Assembly (NCBI GenBank): GCA_965199955.1
Contig: CBDATQ010000002.1
Span: 320,001-384,000 of the forward strand
Direction: 5' to 3'
DNA: 64,000 nucleotides
From: Spirochaetia bacterium
Lineage (GTDB): Bacteria > Spirochaetota > Spirochaetia > SZUA-6 > Bin103
Every line of letters starts with the position of its first letter. Position 1 is the first letter of the stretch. A program made the translations under genes and the position numbers. This document shows positions 7,650 to 18,507 of the stretch, in pieces. The notes beneath the pieces are model-generated. The model searched no databases, was not told the origin of the DNA, and was given only the letters and a program-made list of their open reading frames with translations.

Positions 7650-9815
7650 CTACATCATAGTGCGCATGGAGCGGCTGCGTGTCGATGCCCTGGAAACCGC
7701 GGAGGGGCCCGCCGAATAGGCCGAGCGCAACTCCCGCCTCAACACCTTGTTGGAGGCGGTCCGCGGCAGCGCATCGACCAGGCAGACCTCCGAGATCTTG
7801 AACAGGGGATTGAGCCGTTCGGCAAGGGCACGTTGCAGTGACGAGAGCGGGTCCGGCAGCGCTCGGGACGTGACCGCGAAGACCACCAGGCGATCGGGCC
7901 CGCCGTGGCGGTCCGCAACCGCCACGGCCGCGCATTCGCCGATGCCTTCCACGCCCGACAGGGCGCGCTCGATCTCTGCGGAGGACACCTTGATCCCGGA
8001 CAGGTTCATCGTGTCGTCGACACGGCCGAGGGCGCGGTAGTAGCCCCCCGGCAGCCGCTGCATGTGATCGCCGTGGCGGCGCAGCGGCCGGCCGTCGGCG
8101 ATCGGCGTATCGGCCAGGTACACGTCGTGGTGATCGTCGTTGAGCAGCTCGGTGGACAAGCCGACCGATGGCGGCACCAGGAACAGCTCGCCGTCGGTCG
8201 CCGGTTGCCCGTGCTCGTCCCGGATGGCCAGGTCCAGCCCGAACGCCGGAGTCGTGAACGTCGCCGGCGCGGCCGGCTGATCCATCGTCGCCGAGACGTA
8301 TCCGCCTCCGATCTCCGTGCCTCCGCAGTACTCGATGACCGGTCGGTAGCCCGCGAGTGCCATCAGGTAGAGCTGGTCCTCGGGGTCCGAGCACTCACCC
8401 GTCGAGCTAAAGCGGCGTATGCGGCTCCAGTCGATTCCCTCCATGCAGCCGGATTGGCGCCAGATGCGCACCAGCGTCGGCACGAGTCCGAGCATGGTGA
8501 CGCCCGCGTCCCGCACGAACCTGCCGAAGTCCGCTCCCTTCGGGCCCGGATGGTACAGGGCGATCGTCGCCTGGTTGAGGAGCGCGGCGTAGATCAACCA
8601 CGGTCCCATCATCCACCCTAGGCTCGTCGGCCATGCCAGCACGTCGTCAGGCCGGATGTCATGCAGCAACATGGCGTCCGTCGCGCACTTGATCGGGGTC
8701 AGATGGGTCCACGGGATGGCCTTGGGCTCGCCGGTGGTGCCGGAGGAGAACAGAATGTTCGTGTGGGCGCAGGTGTCACGCGCGACCGCAGCGGCCGGGG
8801 TGGCGGACGCGACCTGTTCCCAGGGGATGTCCCGGGCTCGGGGCCGGTGCCCGCGCGGGAACTCGCCGATGACGATGGCGTCCAGGTCGGGAGCGGCGTC
8901 CAGGAGTCGCTCATAGGTGCGGGTGGCGACGATCGCCAGCGAGGTATCGGTGATGCGCAATCGGACCGCCACCTGCGGCGCGGCGAAGCTGTCGGCAATC
9001 GAGACCGCCGTGCAGCCGGCCAGGATCACCCCCAGGTAGGCGGCGACTGCCTCCGCCGTCATCGGCAGATAGAGCGCCACGCGGGCGCCCGGTCGCAGCC
9101 CGCGTTCGCGGCAGTGACCGGCCACTGCGTACGCCAGCCGCGCCAGATCGGCCCGGCTCATCCCGTCCAGCGGTCCGTCCTTGCTCGTGCGGTAGACGAT
9201 CGCCAGCCGGTCTCCGGCCGACCCCGGCTCGAGGCAGTTCTCGGCGATGTTCAGCCGCGCATCGGGAAACCACCGGCCGTCGCGCCATGCGGGCCCCGCA
9301 TCGCCGTGGAAACCGATCCGGAGGTGCTCGCACATCAGCTCCCAGAACTCGGTGCGATGCTCGATCGACCAGCGGTGCAAAGCGGCGATGTGGTCGACGC
9401 CGACGCGCCGCGCCAGCCTGCGTACGTTGGTGTCTCCGGACCCCATCTCCGGCAGCCACGCCGGCGCCGGCGGCAGGTCCGGGTCGCGGTCCGAATATGC
9501 GGCAGCGAAGCACAGCCGGTGCACGGCGAAGGGGATGCGGGTGAGCGGCAACGGCTCGGCCAGCACTTCACGGACCATCCGCTGCCAGCGCCGCTCTCCG
9601 GTCGGCTCGACCGCGCAGCGCTCGATGTTCTCCGCCAGCGCGACCGCATCGTCGACTCGGAGCGCCGTCAACCTCGGAAGGACCGCGGGCTTGGGCGTCC
9701 TCTGTGCCTCCATCCGCAACCGTGACGAGTCTGCCGAGCCGGCCGCGTGCGGCGCAAGTCCGGTTCCCGCGGCTGCGTTCGGCATACGATGCGGGCCCGG
9801 ATCCGTCCGTTTCAT
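7650..9815 (-). CDS. AMP-forming acyl-CoA synthetase (plant AAE17/AAE18-like subfamily)
   Basis: ILFSSGTTGEPKAIPW, WPTSLGWMMGPW, YCGGTEIGGG, LRRHGD, GRVDDTMNLSGIKVSSAEIE, LPRTASNKV. Start is ATG 9815 or a downstream ATG. Confidence 0.9.
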   Translation of the reverse strand: MKRTDPGPHRMPNAAAGTGLAPHAAGSADSSRLRMEAQRTPKPAVLPRLTALRVDDAVALAENIERCAVEPTGERRWQRMVREVLAEPLPLTRIPFAVHRLCFAAAYSDRDPDLPPAPAWLPEMGSGDTNVRRLARRVGVDHIAALHRWSIEHRTEFWELMCEHLRIGFHGDAGPAWRDGRWFPDARLNIAENCLEPGSAGDRLAIVYRTSKDGPLDGMSRADLARLAYAVAGHCRERGLRPGARVALYLPMTAEAVAAYLGVILAGCTAVSIADSFAAPQVAVRLRITDTSLAIVATRTYERLLDAAPDLDAIVIGEFPRGHRPRARDIPWEQVASATPAAAVARDTCAHTNILFSSGTTGEPKAIPWTHLTPIKCATDAMLLHDIRPDDVLAWPTSLGWMMGPWLIYAALLNQATIALYHPGPKGADFGRFVRDAGVTMLGLVPTLVRIWRQSGCMEGIDWSRIRRFSSTGECSDPEDQLYLMALAGYRPVIEYCGGTEIGGGYVSATMDQPAAPATFTTPAFGLDLAIRDEHGQPATDGELFLVPPSVGLSTELLNDDHHDVYLADTPIADGRPLRRHGDHMQRLPGGYYRALGRVDDTMNLSGIKVSSAEIERALSGVEGIGECAAVAVADRHGGPDRLVVFAVTSRALPDPLSSLQRALAERLNPLFKISEVCLVDALPRTASNKVLRRELRSAYSAGPSAVSRASTRSRSMRTMM

Positions 9816-9875
9816 CGCTCCACCGGGGGCCGCAGGTTGCGTGTGCCGGCCCGGAGCGGTACTCTGTATCCAGCC

Positions 9876-10925
9876 ATGGTGCAGCGCCTGACTCCGGAGG
9901 GGGCGTTGGCGCCCGAGTGTCACGACGACCCGGGCATGACCGACCAGCAGCTCCTGTACGCGTTTCAGGTGATGATCCAGTCACGCGCCATCGACGAGTG
10001 GGCGGTCAGTCTCACCCGGCAGGGCAGGCTGCTTCCCTATCCGCCCGCCGTCGGCCAGGAGGCCAACAGCGTCGGCGGGGCCATGGCGCTGCGCGACGAC
10101 GACTGGATCGTCCACGCCTACCGGGAGCTCGGCGCCCTGCTGGTGCGCGGCCTGCCGATCACCACCCACTTCCAGTACTGGTACGGCGTCGAGGACGGAA
10201 GCCGGCTGGACATCGATCGCTACCACCTGGCGCCGGTCGCCATCCCGATCGGCTCTCAGCTCCCGCATGCCGTGGGCCTCGCCTTTGCCGAACGGCACCT
10301 GGGACGCGACCGCGTGGTGCTCTGCTACTGCGGCGACGGCGCCACGTCACAGGGAGATTTCCACGAGTCGCTCACCTTCGCCGGGGTGTGGAACACGCCG
10401 ACCGTGTTCTACGTTCAGAACAACCAGTACGCGCTTTCGACCCCGCGCGACACGCAATGCGCGTCGCCGTCGCTGGCGGCGAAAGCCGAGGGCTACGGTT
10501 TCTCCGGCGTGCAGGTGGACGGCAACGACATCACCGCCGTATACCAGGTGGTGCGCGAGGCGGTGCGCCGCGCGCGGGCGGGTGACGGGCCGACGCTGAT
10601 CGAAGGAATCACCTACCGGGTGGGGGCGCACACGACCACGGACGACCCGACCCGCTACCGCACCCGCGAGGAGGAGCGGGCGTGGGAGCGTCACGATCCC
10701 ATCAGACGCGTGCAACGGCTGTTGATGGAACGGGGACTGCTGACGGAGTCGGAAACGCGGGCACTGGTGGCGGACGCGCGGACCAGGGCCCGGAAGGCCT
10801 TCGAAGCGGTCGAGTCGGACCCCGATCCCGACCTGGAAGCCGGCTTCCGCCACACGTTCGCGGAGGCTCCCCCGCTCCTGCAGCAGCAGCTCGCGCGGCT
10901 GCGCGAACTGCGCGGCGACCGATGA
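9876..10925 (+). CDS. pdhA: Pyruvate/2-oxoacid dehydrogenase E1 alpha subunit
   Basis: TPP-binding GDGATSQGDFHE...NN; YRVGAHTTTDDPTRYR. Upstream TTGCGT-N17-TACTCT. Confidence 0.92.
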   Translation: MVQRLTPEGALAPECHDDPGMTDQQLLYAFQVMIQSRAIDEWAVSLTRQGRLLPYPPAVGQEANSVGGAMALRDDDWIVHAYRELGALLVRGLPITTHFQYWYGVEDGSRLDIDRYHLAPVAIPIGSQLPHAVGLAFAERHLGRDRVVLCYCGDGATSQGDFHESLTFAGVWNTPTVFYVQNNQYALSTPRDTQCASPSLAAKAEGYGFSGVQVDGNDITAVYQVVREAVRRARAGDGPTLIEGITYRVGAHTTTDDPTRYRTREEERAWERHDPIRRVQRLLMERGLLTESETRALVADARTRARKAFEAVESDPDPDLEAGFRHTFAEAPPLLQQQLARLRELRGDR

Positions 10926-10935
10926 GAGGACGCCG

Positions 10936-11910
10936 ATGAGGCCGGCCAACCTGGTCTCCTCCATCAACGACGGGCTGCGCACCGAAATGCGCCTCGACGA
11001 GCGGGTGATCACCTTCGGGGAGGACATCGGCGTCAACGGCGGCGTGTTCCGCGCCACCACGGGCCTGCAGGAGGAATTCGGCGCTTCCCGCTGCTTCGAC
11101 ACGCCGCTGGCCGAGAGCGTTGCCGTGGGCAGCGCGCTGGGGATGGCGGCGGCGGGGCTGCGCCCGGTGGTGGAGATTCAGTTCAGCGGGTTCATCTGGA
11201 CGGCGTTCAACCAGATCATCAACCACGTGGCACGCATCCGGACCCGTACGCAGGGGGCTTTTACCGCACCGATGGTGATCCGGATGCCGTACGGCGGCGG
11301 TGTGCGCGCGCTGGAGCACCACAGCGAGAGCATGGAGGCGATCCTCGCGCATGTTCCCGGCATCAAGGTGGTGATCCCGTCCACCCCTCATGATGCGAAG
11401 GGCCTGATGATCGCCGCGATCCGGGATCCCGACCCGGTGATCTTCATGGAGCCCAAGCGCGTCTACCAGGCGCCCAGACAGGAGATCCCCGAAGGCGACT
11501 TCGTCATCCCGCTGGGGACCGCTCGGGTCGTGGTGTCCGGCGCCGACCTGACCATCGTCTCCTACGGCGCCCAGATGAAGGAGGCGGTCGCCGCGGCGCG
11601 GCAGCTCGACGGCGAAGCCTCGGCGGAGGTGATCGACCTGCGGACGATCTATCCTCCCGACCTCGCGACGGTGGTGGAGTCGGTGCGTAAGACCGGCCGG
11701 CTGCTGGTCGTGCACGAAGGTCCGCGCTCGTACGGCGTCGGCGCGGAGTTGACCGCGACCGTCGCGGAGCAGGCGTTCCTGCACCTCGAGGCGCCGCCGG
11801 CGAGGCTGACGGGCAGCGACATCATCGTGCCGCTGCCCCGCCACGAGCGGCACTACCTGATCGGCGTCGCCGACATCGTCAGCGCGGCACGGCGGCTGCT
11901 GAGCTATTGA
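10936..11910 (+). CDS. pdhB: Pyruvate/2-oxoacid dehydrogenase E1 beta subunit
   Basis: GEDIGVNGGVFRAT, FDTPLAE, EIQFSGF, EHHSES, IDLRTI. Confidence 0.93.
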   Translation: MRPANLVSSINDGLRTEMRLDERVITFGEDIGVNGGVFRATTGLQEEFGASRCFDTPLAESVAVGSALGMAAAGLRPVVEIQFSGFIWTAFNQIINHVARIRTRTQGAFTAPMVIRMPYGGGVRALEHHSESMEAILAHVPGIKVVIPSTPHDAKGLMIAAIRDPDPVIFMEPKRVYQAPRQEIPEGDFVIPLGTARVVVSGADLTIVSYGAQMKEAVAAARQLDGEASAEVIDLRTIYPPDLATVVESVRKTGRLLVVHEGPRSYGVGAELTATVAEQAFLHLEAPPARLTGSDIIVPLPRHERHYLIGVADIVSAARRLLSY

Positions 11911-11924
11911 GGCGGGTGAGGGAG

Positions 11925-13292
11925 ATGTACGAGTTCAAGTTCCCGGACATCGGCGAGGGGCTGCACGAAGGCAAGATTCTCGAGCTGAAGCTGCAGCCGG
12001 GCGATGCGGTGGCGGAAGGCGATATCCTCGCCATCGTCGAAACCGACAAGGTGGTGGCGGAGATTCCGTCGCCGAAAACCGGGGTGGTACGCCGTTTCGG
12101 ATCCGCCGCCGGGCAGGTCATCAAGGTCGGCGACCCGTTTGCCTACATAGAGGTGGACGGCGAGGAGAACGGCGCCGAGCCGGCGGAGACCGCCGAGCGC
12201 ACGGACGGCGACGGGGTGCGGCCGCCGGAGGGCGCAACCGTCGTCGGCCGGCTGGACGCCGGCTCCGACCTGCTCCCCCCCAGCGACGAGGCGCCGCCAG
12301 CCGCCGCGGGTGACGACGGATCGCCGCCTCCCTCGGCCGGGCGTCCACCGCAGCCTGCGCGCCGTCGCGCCGCCGGCGCGGCGCTGGCGACCCCGGCTGC
12401 ACGCCGCCTGGCGCGTGACCTGAGCGTCGATCTCGGCACCGTCGAGGGGACCGGCGAGGGCGGACGCATCAGCAAGGACGACATCTACCGGGCGGCGGAG
12501 AACCCGGCGGCGTTGCCGGTAGCCGCGCCGCCGGCGCTCGACAAGGACGCGTTCGGCTTCCCGCTGACCGACGATCCGCTCACCCGGCCGGTGGACGTGC
12601 CGGCCGGGCAGCGGGTGGAGCTGACCATCCTGCGCAAGACCATCGCCCGCAACATGGAGGTCAGCCGAAGGATGCCCACGGCGATCGTCCATGACCTGGG
12701 CGAGGTCGACGACCTGGTCGAGTTGCGCGCGAAGGCCAATCGCAACCGCACGACGCACCTCAGCTACCAGCCGTTCTTCATGAAGGCGCTCGCCACCGCC
12801 CTGCGTGAGGTCCCGGTCCTGAACGCCACCTACGACGCGGTTTCCCAGGAAGTGACCGTGTACCGCGAGGTCAACGTCGGCTTCGCGGTCAATACCGAGG
12901 CGGGCGTGCTGCTGCCGGTGATCCGCAACGTCGACTCCAGCACGATCCTGACCCTCGACGGGCAGATGAAGCAGCTCGTCGCCGCGGCCCGCAACCGCTC
13001 GCTGGCGGCCGACGACCTGCGCGGCGGCACGATCGCCCTGACCAACTTCGGACCGTTCGGCGGCTTGTGGGCGGCGCCGATGATCTTCCCGCCGCAGGTC
13101 GCGATCTTGGGCATAGGCCGCATCCATCAGGCGCCGCGTGTGGCTGCCGGAGGCGCGATCGAGGCGCGTGTGGTGTTGCCGGTGTCGCTCGCGTTCGACC
13201 ATCGGGTGGTGGACGGCGTGCCGGCGGCTACCTTCGTGTCGCGCTTCCTGGAGCTCCTGTGCTCGCCGCAGGAGTTGATGGTATCGATGTAA
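11925..13292 (+). CDS. pdhC: Dihydrolipoamide acyltransferase E2
   Basis: Lipoyl domain PDIGEGLHEG...VETDKV; E3-binding domain ATPAARRLAR...GTGEGGRI; catalytic FDHRVVDG. GGAG SD before ATG 11925. Confidence 0.93.
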   Translation: MYEFKFPDIGEGLHEGKILELKLQPGDAVAEGDILAIVETDKVVAEIPSPKTGVVRRFGSAAGQVIKVGDPFAYIEVDGEENGAEPAETAERTDGDGVRPPEGATVVGRLDAGSDLLPPSDEAPPAAAGDDGSPPPSAGRPPQPARRRAAGAALATPAARRLARDLSVDLGTVEGTGEGGRISKDDIYRAAENPAALPVAAPPALDKDAFGFPLTDDPLTRPVDVPAGQRVELTILRKTIARNMEVSRRMPTAIVHDLGEVDDLVELRAKANRNRTTHLSYQPFFMKALATALREVPVLNATYDAVSQEVTVYREVNVGFAVNTEAGVLLPVIRNVDSSTILTLDGQMKQLVAAARNRSLAADDLRGGTIALTNFGPFGGLWAAPMIFPPQVAILGIGRIHQAPRVAAGGAIEARVVLPVSLAFDHRVVDGVPAATFVSRFLELLCSPQELMVSM

Positions 13293-13302
13293 GCCGGCCC
13301 AG

Positions 13303-14076
13303 GTGAGCACCCCACGGGCACGGGAACCGCGCTCGACGACCCCGTGGGGGGCTCCGATCCATCGGCTTGACCTCACCACGTCGACGATGGACGCGGCCGC
13401 CGGGCTGATCGCTGCGTGCCCGGCGCACGGAACCGCCATCACCGCCGAGCGTCAGAGCGCCGGGCGCGGCCGCAATCCGGGGAGCCGCTGGCGGTCGCAA
13501 CGCGGGGCGAACCTGCTGCTGACGCTCATGCTGCACCAGGACCGGACGGCGGCGGAGCCGTCCACGGTGCCGCTCCGCGTCGGCTGCGCGCTGGCCGAGG
13601 TGGCCGCTGCGCGGGGCCTGTCGCCGTCCATCAAGTGGCCGAATGACCTGCTCGTCGGCGGGCGCAAGCTGGCGGGGGTGCTGTGCGCGGCCACTCGCGG
13701 ATGGCTGCTGATCGGCGTCGGCATGAATGGCAACCAGCGGTCGTTTCCGCCGGATGCGGGGGACGCCACGTCGCTGGCGTTGTGCCTGGGCCGCAGCATC
13801 GACCGCGCACGGCTGGAGGGGGACGTGCTGGCGGCGATGCATCGCCTGCTGGATGCCGACGACTGGCTCGACCGGCTTCGCGGGCGGCTCGCCGGGGTCG
13901 GGTGCCCCGCACGGGTCGAGCGGGACGGCGGTGCCATGACCGGCGTGCTGCTCGGAGTCGACCGGCACGGCGCGCTGCGGCTTCGTACCGGCGCCGGGTC
14001 AGGCCCGGTCAGACGCGTGGTGAGCGGCGCACTCACGTTGGGAGCCGCGTTAGAGGGCTCCCGGACAGAAAATTGA
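13303..14076 (+). CDS. birA: Biotin--protein ligase without an N-terminal HTH
   Basis: AERQSAGRGR, IKWPND, RKLAGVL, IGVGMN. Confidence 0.9.
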   Translation: MSTPRAREPRSTTPWGAPIHRLDLTTSTMDAAAGLIAACPAHGTAITAERQSAGRGRNPGSRWRSQRGANLLLTLMLHQDRTAAEPSTVPLRVGCALAEVAAARGLSPSIKWPNDLLVGGRKLAGVLCAATRGWLLIGVGMNGNQRSFPPDAGDATSLALCLGRSIDRARLEGDVLAAMHRLLDADDWLDRLRGRLAGVGCPARVERDGGAMTGVLLGVDRHGALRLRTGAGSGPVRRVVSGALTLGAALEGSRTEN

Positions 14077-14085
14077 CCACAGATG

Positions 14086-14114
14086 TTGGCGCTGGCGGCC
14101 GGAGTTGTTATCTT
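14086..14114 (+). promoter_or_regulatory. Putative sigma70 promoter of groEL
   Basis: TTGGCG-N17-TATCTT with an extended TG, followed by an AT-rich leader. Confidence 0.5.
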
Positions 14115-14156
14115 GGCGGAAACTATCCCAAATCACATAACTCTTCAAAAGGGTGA

Positions 14157-15847
<1,691 letters not shown>

Positions 15848-15859
15848 GGATTTTCCACA

Positions 15860-15927
15860 TCAGAACGCCGGGAACTTCCGATCGTTCTGAAGAGGCCTCA
15901 CGTCCGCGCTGTGCGGGCGTGAAGCCT
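15860..15927 (+). terminator. Two hairpins downstream of groEL (terminator or mRNA stabiliser)
   Basis: TCAGAACG...CGTTCTGA (15860-15890) and AGGCcTCACGTCCGC...GCGGGCGTGAaGCCT (15893-15927); no clear U-tract. Confidence 0.5.
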
Positions 15928-15941
15928 GTCTCGTCTGCGTC

Positions 15942-16271
15942 ATGAAGCTGTTGGTACGAAAGCGGAACCCGCGCGGAGTCTCGCGTGCGGACTTCATGTT
16001 CACCATCGGCTACCGGGGCAGCGTGGCCATCGTCGACCGCGCTGCGCGGCGCCGCGGTGCGCGGTTGTCCGGTGAACGGCTGCTTGAACGCGGGCTGTAC
16101 AAGGCGGCGCTGTGTGCTGCGGAGTTCGATGGAGACGCCGCGGCTCAGGAGGCCGTACTGAGCTCCTACAACGCAAAGGCGGTCGCTCCGGTGACCGGTG
16201 TGGACCAGCTTCGGGCCCGGTTCGGCGTGTTCGGCGTGCCCGACTCCGTGACGGGCGTCGAGCGGGTTTGA
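15942..16271 (+). CDS. Hypothetical protein between groEL and yajC
   Basis: 109-aa ORF (MKLLVRKRN...DFMFTIGY) with plausible composition; a small gene sits at this position in spirochetes as I recall. Confidence 0.75.
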   Translation: MKLLVRKRNPRGVSRADFMFTIGYRGSVAIVDRAARRRGARLSGERLLERGLYKAALCAAEFDGDAAAQEAVLSSYNAKAVAPVTGVDQLRARFGVFGVPDSVTGVERV

Positions 16272-16431
16272 CCATGGGGCTCGGAGGACGGGTGGCTCGG
16301 CATGGGCGGGTGGCCGCCGCGGTTGTGCCTGTGCCCTCGGCGTGATAGCTTCCGGCGTCGGTGAGCGACGATCGCTCCCGGCTTGCCGACGGCCCGTTAG
16401 GAACCAAAGGGAACTCTAAGGAACTCGCTGC

Positions 16432-16719
16432 ATGCAACCCAACGACCCGATTATCGGGCTGATTCTGCCGTTCGCCGCCATCTTTCTGATCTTCTACTTC
16501 CTGGTGCTGCGCCCACAGAGCAAGAAGCGCAAGGAAACGAAGGTGTACCTGGAAAGTCTGAAGAAGGGCGACAAAGTGGTTACGATCGGCGGGATGCACG
16601 GGGTGATAACCACCATCCGCGAGGATTCCGGTACGCTGACGCTGAAGGTGGACGACGATACTAAAATCGAATTCGACAAAGCGGCCGTCCGGTCACCGGA
16701 CAACACCGATTCCAGGTAG
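16432..16719 (+). CDS. yajC: Preprotein translocase subunit YajC
   Basis: TM helix then LRPQSKKRK, LKKGDKVVTIGGMHG. Confidence 0.96.
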   Translation: MQPNDPIIGLILPFAAIFLIFYFLVLRPQSKKRKETKVYLESLKKGDKVVTIGGMHGVITTIREDSGTLTLKVDDDTKIEFDKAAVRSPDNTDSR

Positions 16720-16767
16720 CACCGCCGGACGTTTTCCGGCGCTCTCTCCCACGGTAACGCAGAACTG

Positions 16768-18507
16768 ATGAGCAAACGCCTCCGTCTCGGGATCACCTTG
16801 GTGTTCGTCGGGATCGCCGTGGCCTTCCTGATGCCGACCATCCGCTGGCACGTGCTCCTCCCGGAAGACGAGCGGCAACTTGCCACCTCGTCGCGCGAGC
16901 AGATCCGCATCGTGTCGCAGCAACGGGCTGGCGCCGACCTGCAGCGGCTGCTGACGCTCGTCGACGCCGATCCCGGATCATCGGTACCGGAGGATCTGGG
17001 CTTCCTGCGCGGCCCCGCGCGGGATCAGTACCGGTTCGAAGGGCGGTCGGTGCCGTCTCCGTGGACGGTGCAGGCGCTCCTCGACGGATTCGGAAGCCAG
17101 GCGACGCTGCTGGGCGCACTGGAGTCCGATCACCGCCAGCGGTTGCTGGACCTCAAGGAGCTGACGACCCGCAGCCTGCAACTCGGCCTGGACCTGCAGG
17201 GCGGCATGTACGTGCTGATCGAGCCGGACTTCGAGGAGTTGGCGAACGAGCTGGGACCGCTCAGCGACGCCGACCGCAGGGATGCGCTCGACCGCGCGCT
17301 GGAGATACTCCTCAACCGCGTCGACCAGTTCGGACTGACCGAACCCTCGATCAACCGCGTGGCCGACGACCGGATCGTCGTCGAGCTGCCCGGCGCGCCG
17401 GATCCCGAACGGATGCGCAACTTCATCGTCGGCAAGGGCCGGCTGGGATTCCACCTGGTGGATCAGGACGGCCAGGCCGCGTTCGACGAGTACCAGCGCG
17501 CCAACCCGGGGAATTTCCTGGGCGCGGGCGGCGGCCTGCGCGATCCCGGCGTGTTGCCGGCGGGCACCGTGCTGCGCGGTGTCTACGAGAAGGACACCTA
17601 CGAGGTGGATCAGCTCCTCGGCTACGCGGTCATCAAGGATCAGGAAGGGCTGTCGGGGGAATTCATCAACGACTCGCGGGTGGACCGCGATCCCCTCACC
17701 GGCCGCCCGGAGGTGTTGTTCTTCCTGAGCCCGGAAGGGGGCGACATCTTCTTCAACCTGACCCAGGAGAACGTGGGCGAGATCCTGGCGGTGGTGCTCG
17801 ACGACCGCGTCAAGGCTCGCGCGCAGATATCCCAGGCGATTCGCCAGCAGGTGCGGGTCACCGGATTCACCCAGGGCGAGGCGGAAGACCTGGCTCTGGT
17901 GCTGCGTACGGGCTCGCTGCCGGTGCCGCTCGACATCGTCAGCCAGCAGGAGATCGGCGCGGGCCTGGGCGAAGACGCCATCCGCGCCAGTCTGCGGGCA
18001 GTCGCGGTGGGGGCCGTGCTGGTATTCCTGTTCATGGCGGCCTATTACCACGGTGCGGGATTGATCGCCGACCTGGTGCTCGCGCTCAACCTGTTCTTCG
18101 TCGTGTCGATCCTGTCCGTGCTGGGCTTCACGCTGACCCTTCCCAGCATCGCCGGCGTGATACTGACGGTGGGCATGGCGGTGGACGCCAACGTGATCAT
18201 CTTCGAGCGCATCAAGGAAGAGTTGCGTGCGGGCAAGTCGCCTGCCGCCGCGGTGCGGGCGGGCTTCGCCAAGGCATTCCGCGCGGTGCTGGACGCCAAC
18301 ATCACCACCTTCATCGCCGCGGTGGTCCTGTCGCAGATCGGCAGCGGCCCGATCCAGGGCTTCGCCGTGACCTTGTCGGTGGGCATCCTGTCCTCGATGT
18401 TCACCGCCCTGGTGGTGTCGCGGCTGATCTTCGACTTCATGATCGAGGTACTGCGCGTGGAGCGCCTGAGCCTCGGCTGGGCCGGCGCGCGACGGAGGAC
18501 GGCATAA
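16768..18507 (+). CDS. secD: Protein translocase subunit SecD
   Basis: LGLDLQGG, LRTGSLP, GMAVDANVIIFERIKEE, DANITT. Confidence 0.97.
   Translation: MSKRLRLGITLVFVGIAVAFLMPTIRWHVLLPEDERQLATSSREQIRIVSQQRAGADLQRLLTLVDADPGSSVPEDLGFLRGPARDQYRFEGRSVPSPWTVQALLDGFGSQATLLGALESDHRQRLLDLKELTTRSLQLGLDLQGGMYVLIEPDFEELANELGPLSDADRRDALDRALEILLNRVDQFGLTEPSINRVADDRIVVELPGAPDPERMRNFIVGKGRLGFHLVDQDGQAAFDEYQRANPGNFLGAGGGLRDPGVLPAGTVLRGVYEKDTYEVDQLLGYAVIKDQEGLSGEFINDSRVDRDPLTGRPEVLFFLSPEGGDIFFNLTQENVGEILAVVLDDRVKARAQISQAIRQQVRVTGFTQGEAEDLALVLRTGSLPVPLDIVSQQEIGAGLGEDAIRASLRAVAVGAVLVFLFMAAYYHGAGLIADLVLALNLFFVVSILSVLGFTLTLPSIAGVILTVGMAVDANVIIFERIKEELRAGKSPAAAVRAGFAKAFRAVLDANITTFIAAVVLSQIGSGPIQGFAVTLSVGILSSMFTALVVSRLIFDFMIEVLRVERLSLGWAGARRRTA

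Noticed and set aside
7640..7670. dif-like site (TGCGCA core) near tRNA-Cys
   Set aside because: No XerD arm (TTATGTTAAA); the sequence fits the tRNA promoter.
14086..14112. CIRCE element upstream of groEL
   Set aside because: The left arm TTGGCGCTG is similar, but the right arm does not match GAGTGCTAA at 9-nt spacing; it is better explained as the -35/-10 promoter.
15942..16431. Ribosome-arrest leader peptide upstream of yajC-secDF
   Set aside because: Neither the 109-aa ORF nor the short ORF at 16274-16345 has a signal peptide or a RAPP/RAGP-type C-terminal motif.
17061..18506. 947-aa ORF suggesting an extended SecF or a SecDF fusion
   Set aside because: The extension is an alternative-frame shadow of secD; secF starts at the TAATG overlap at 18507.
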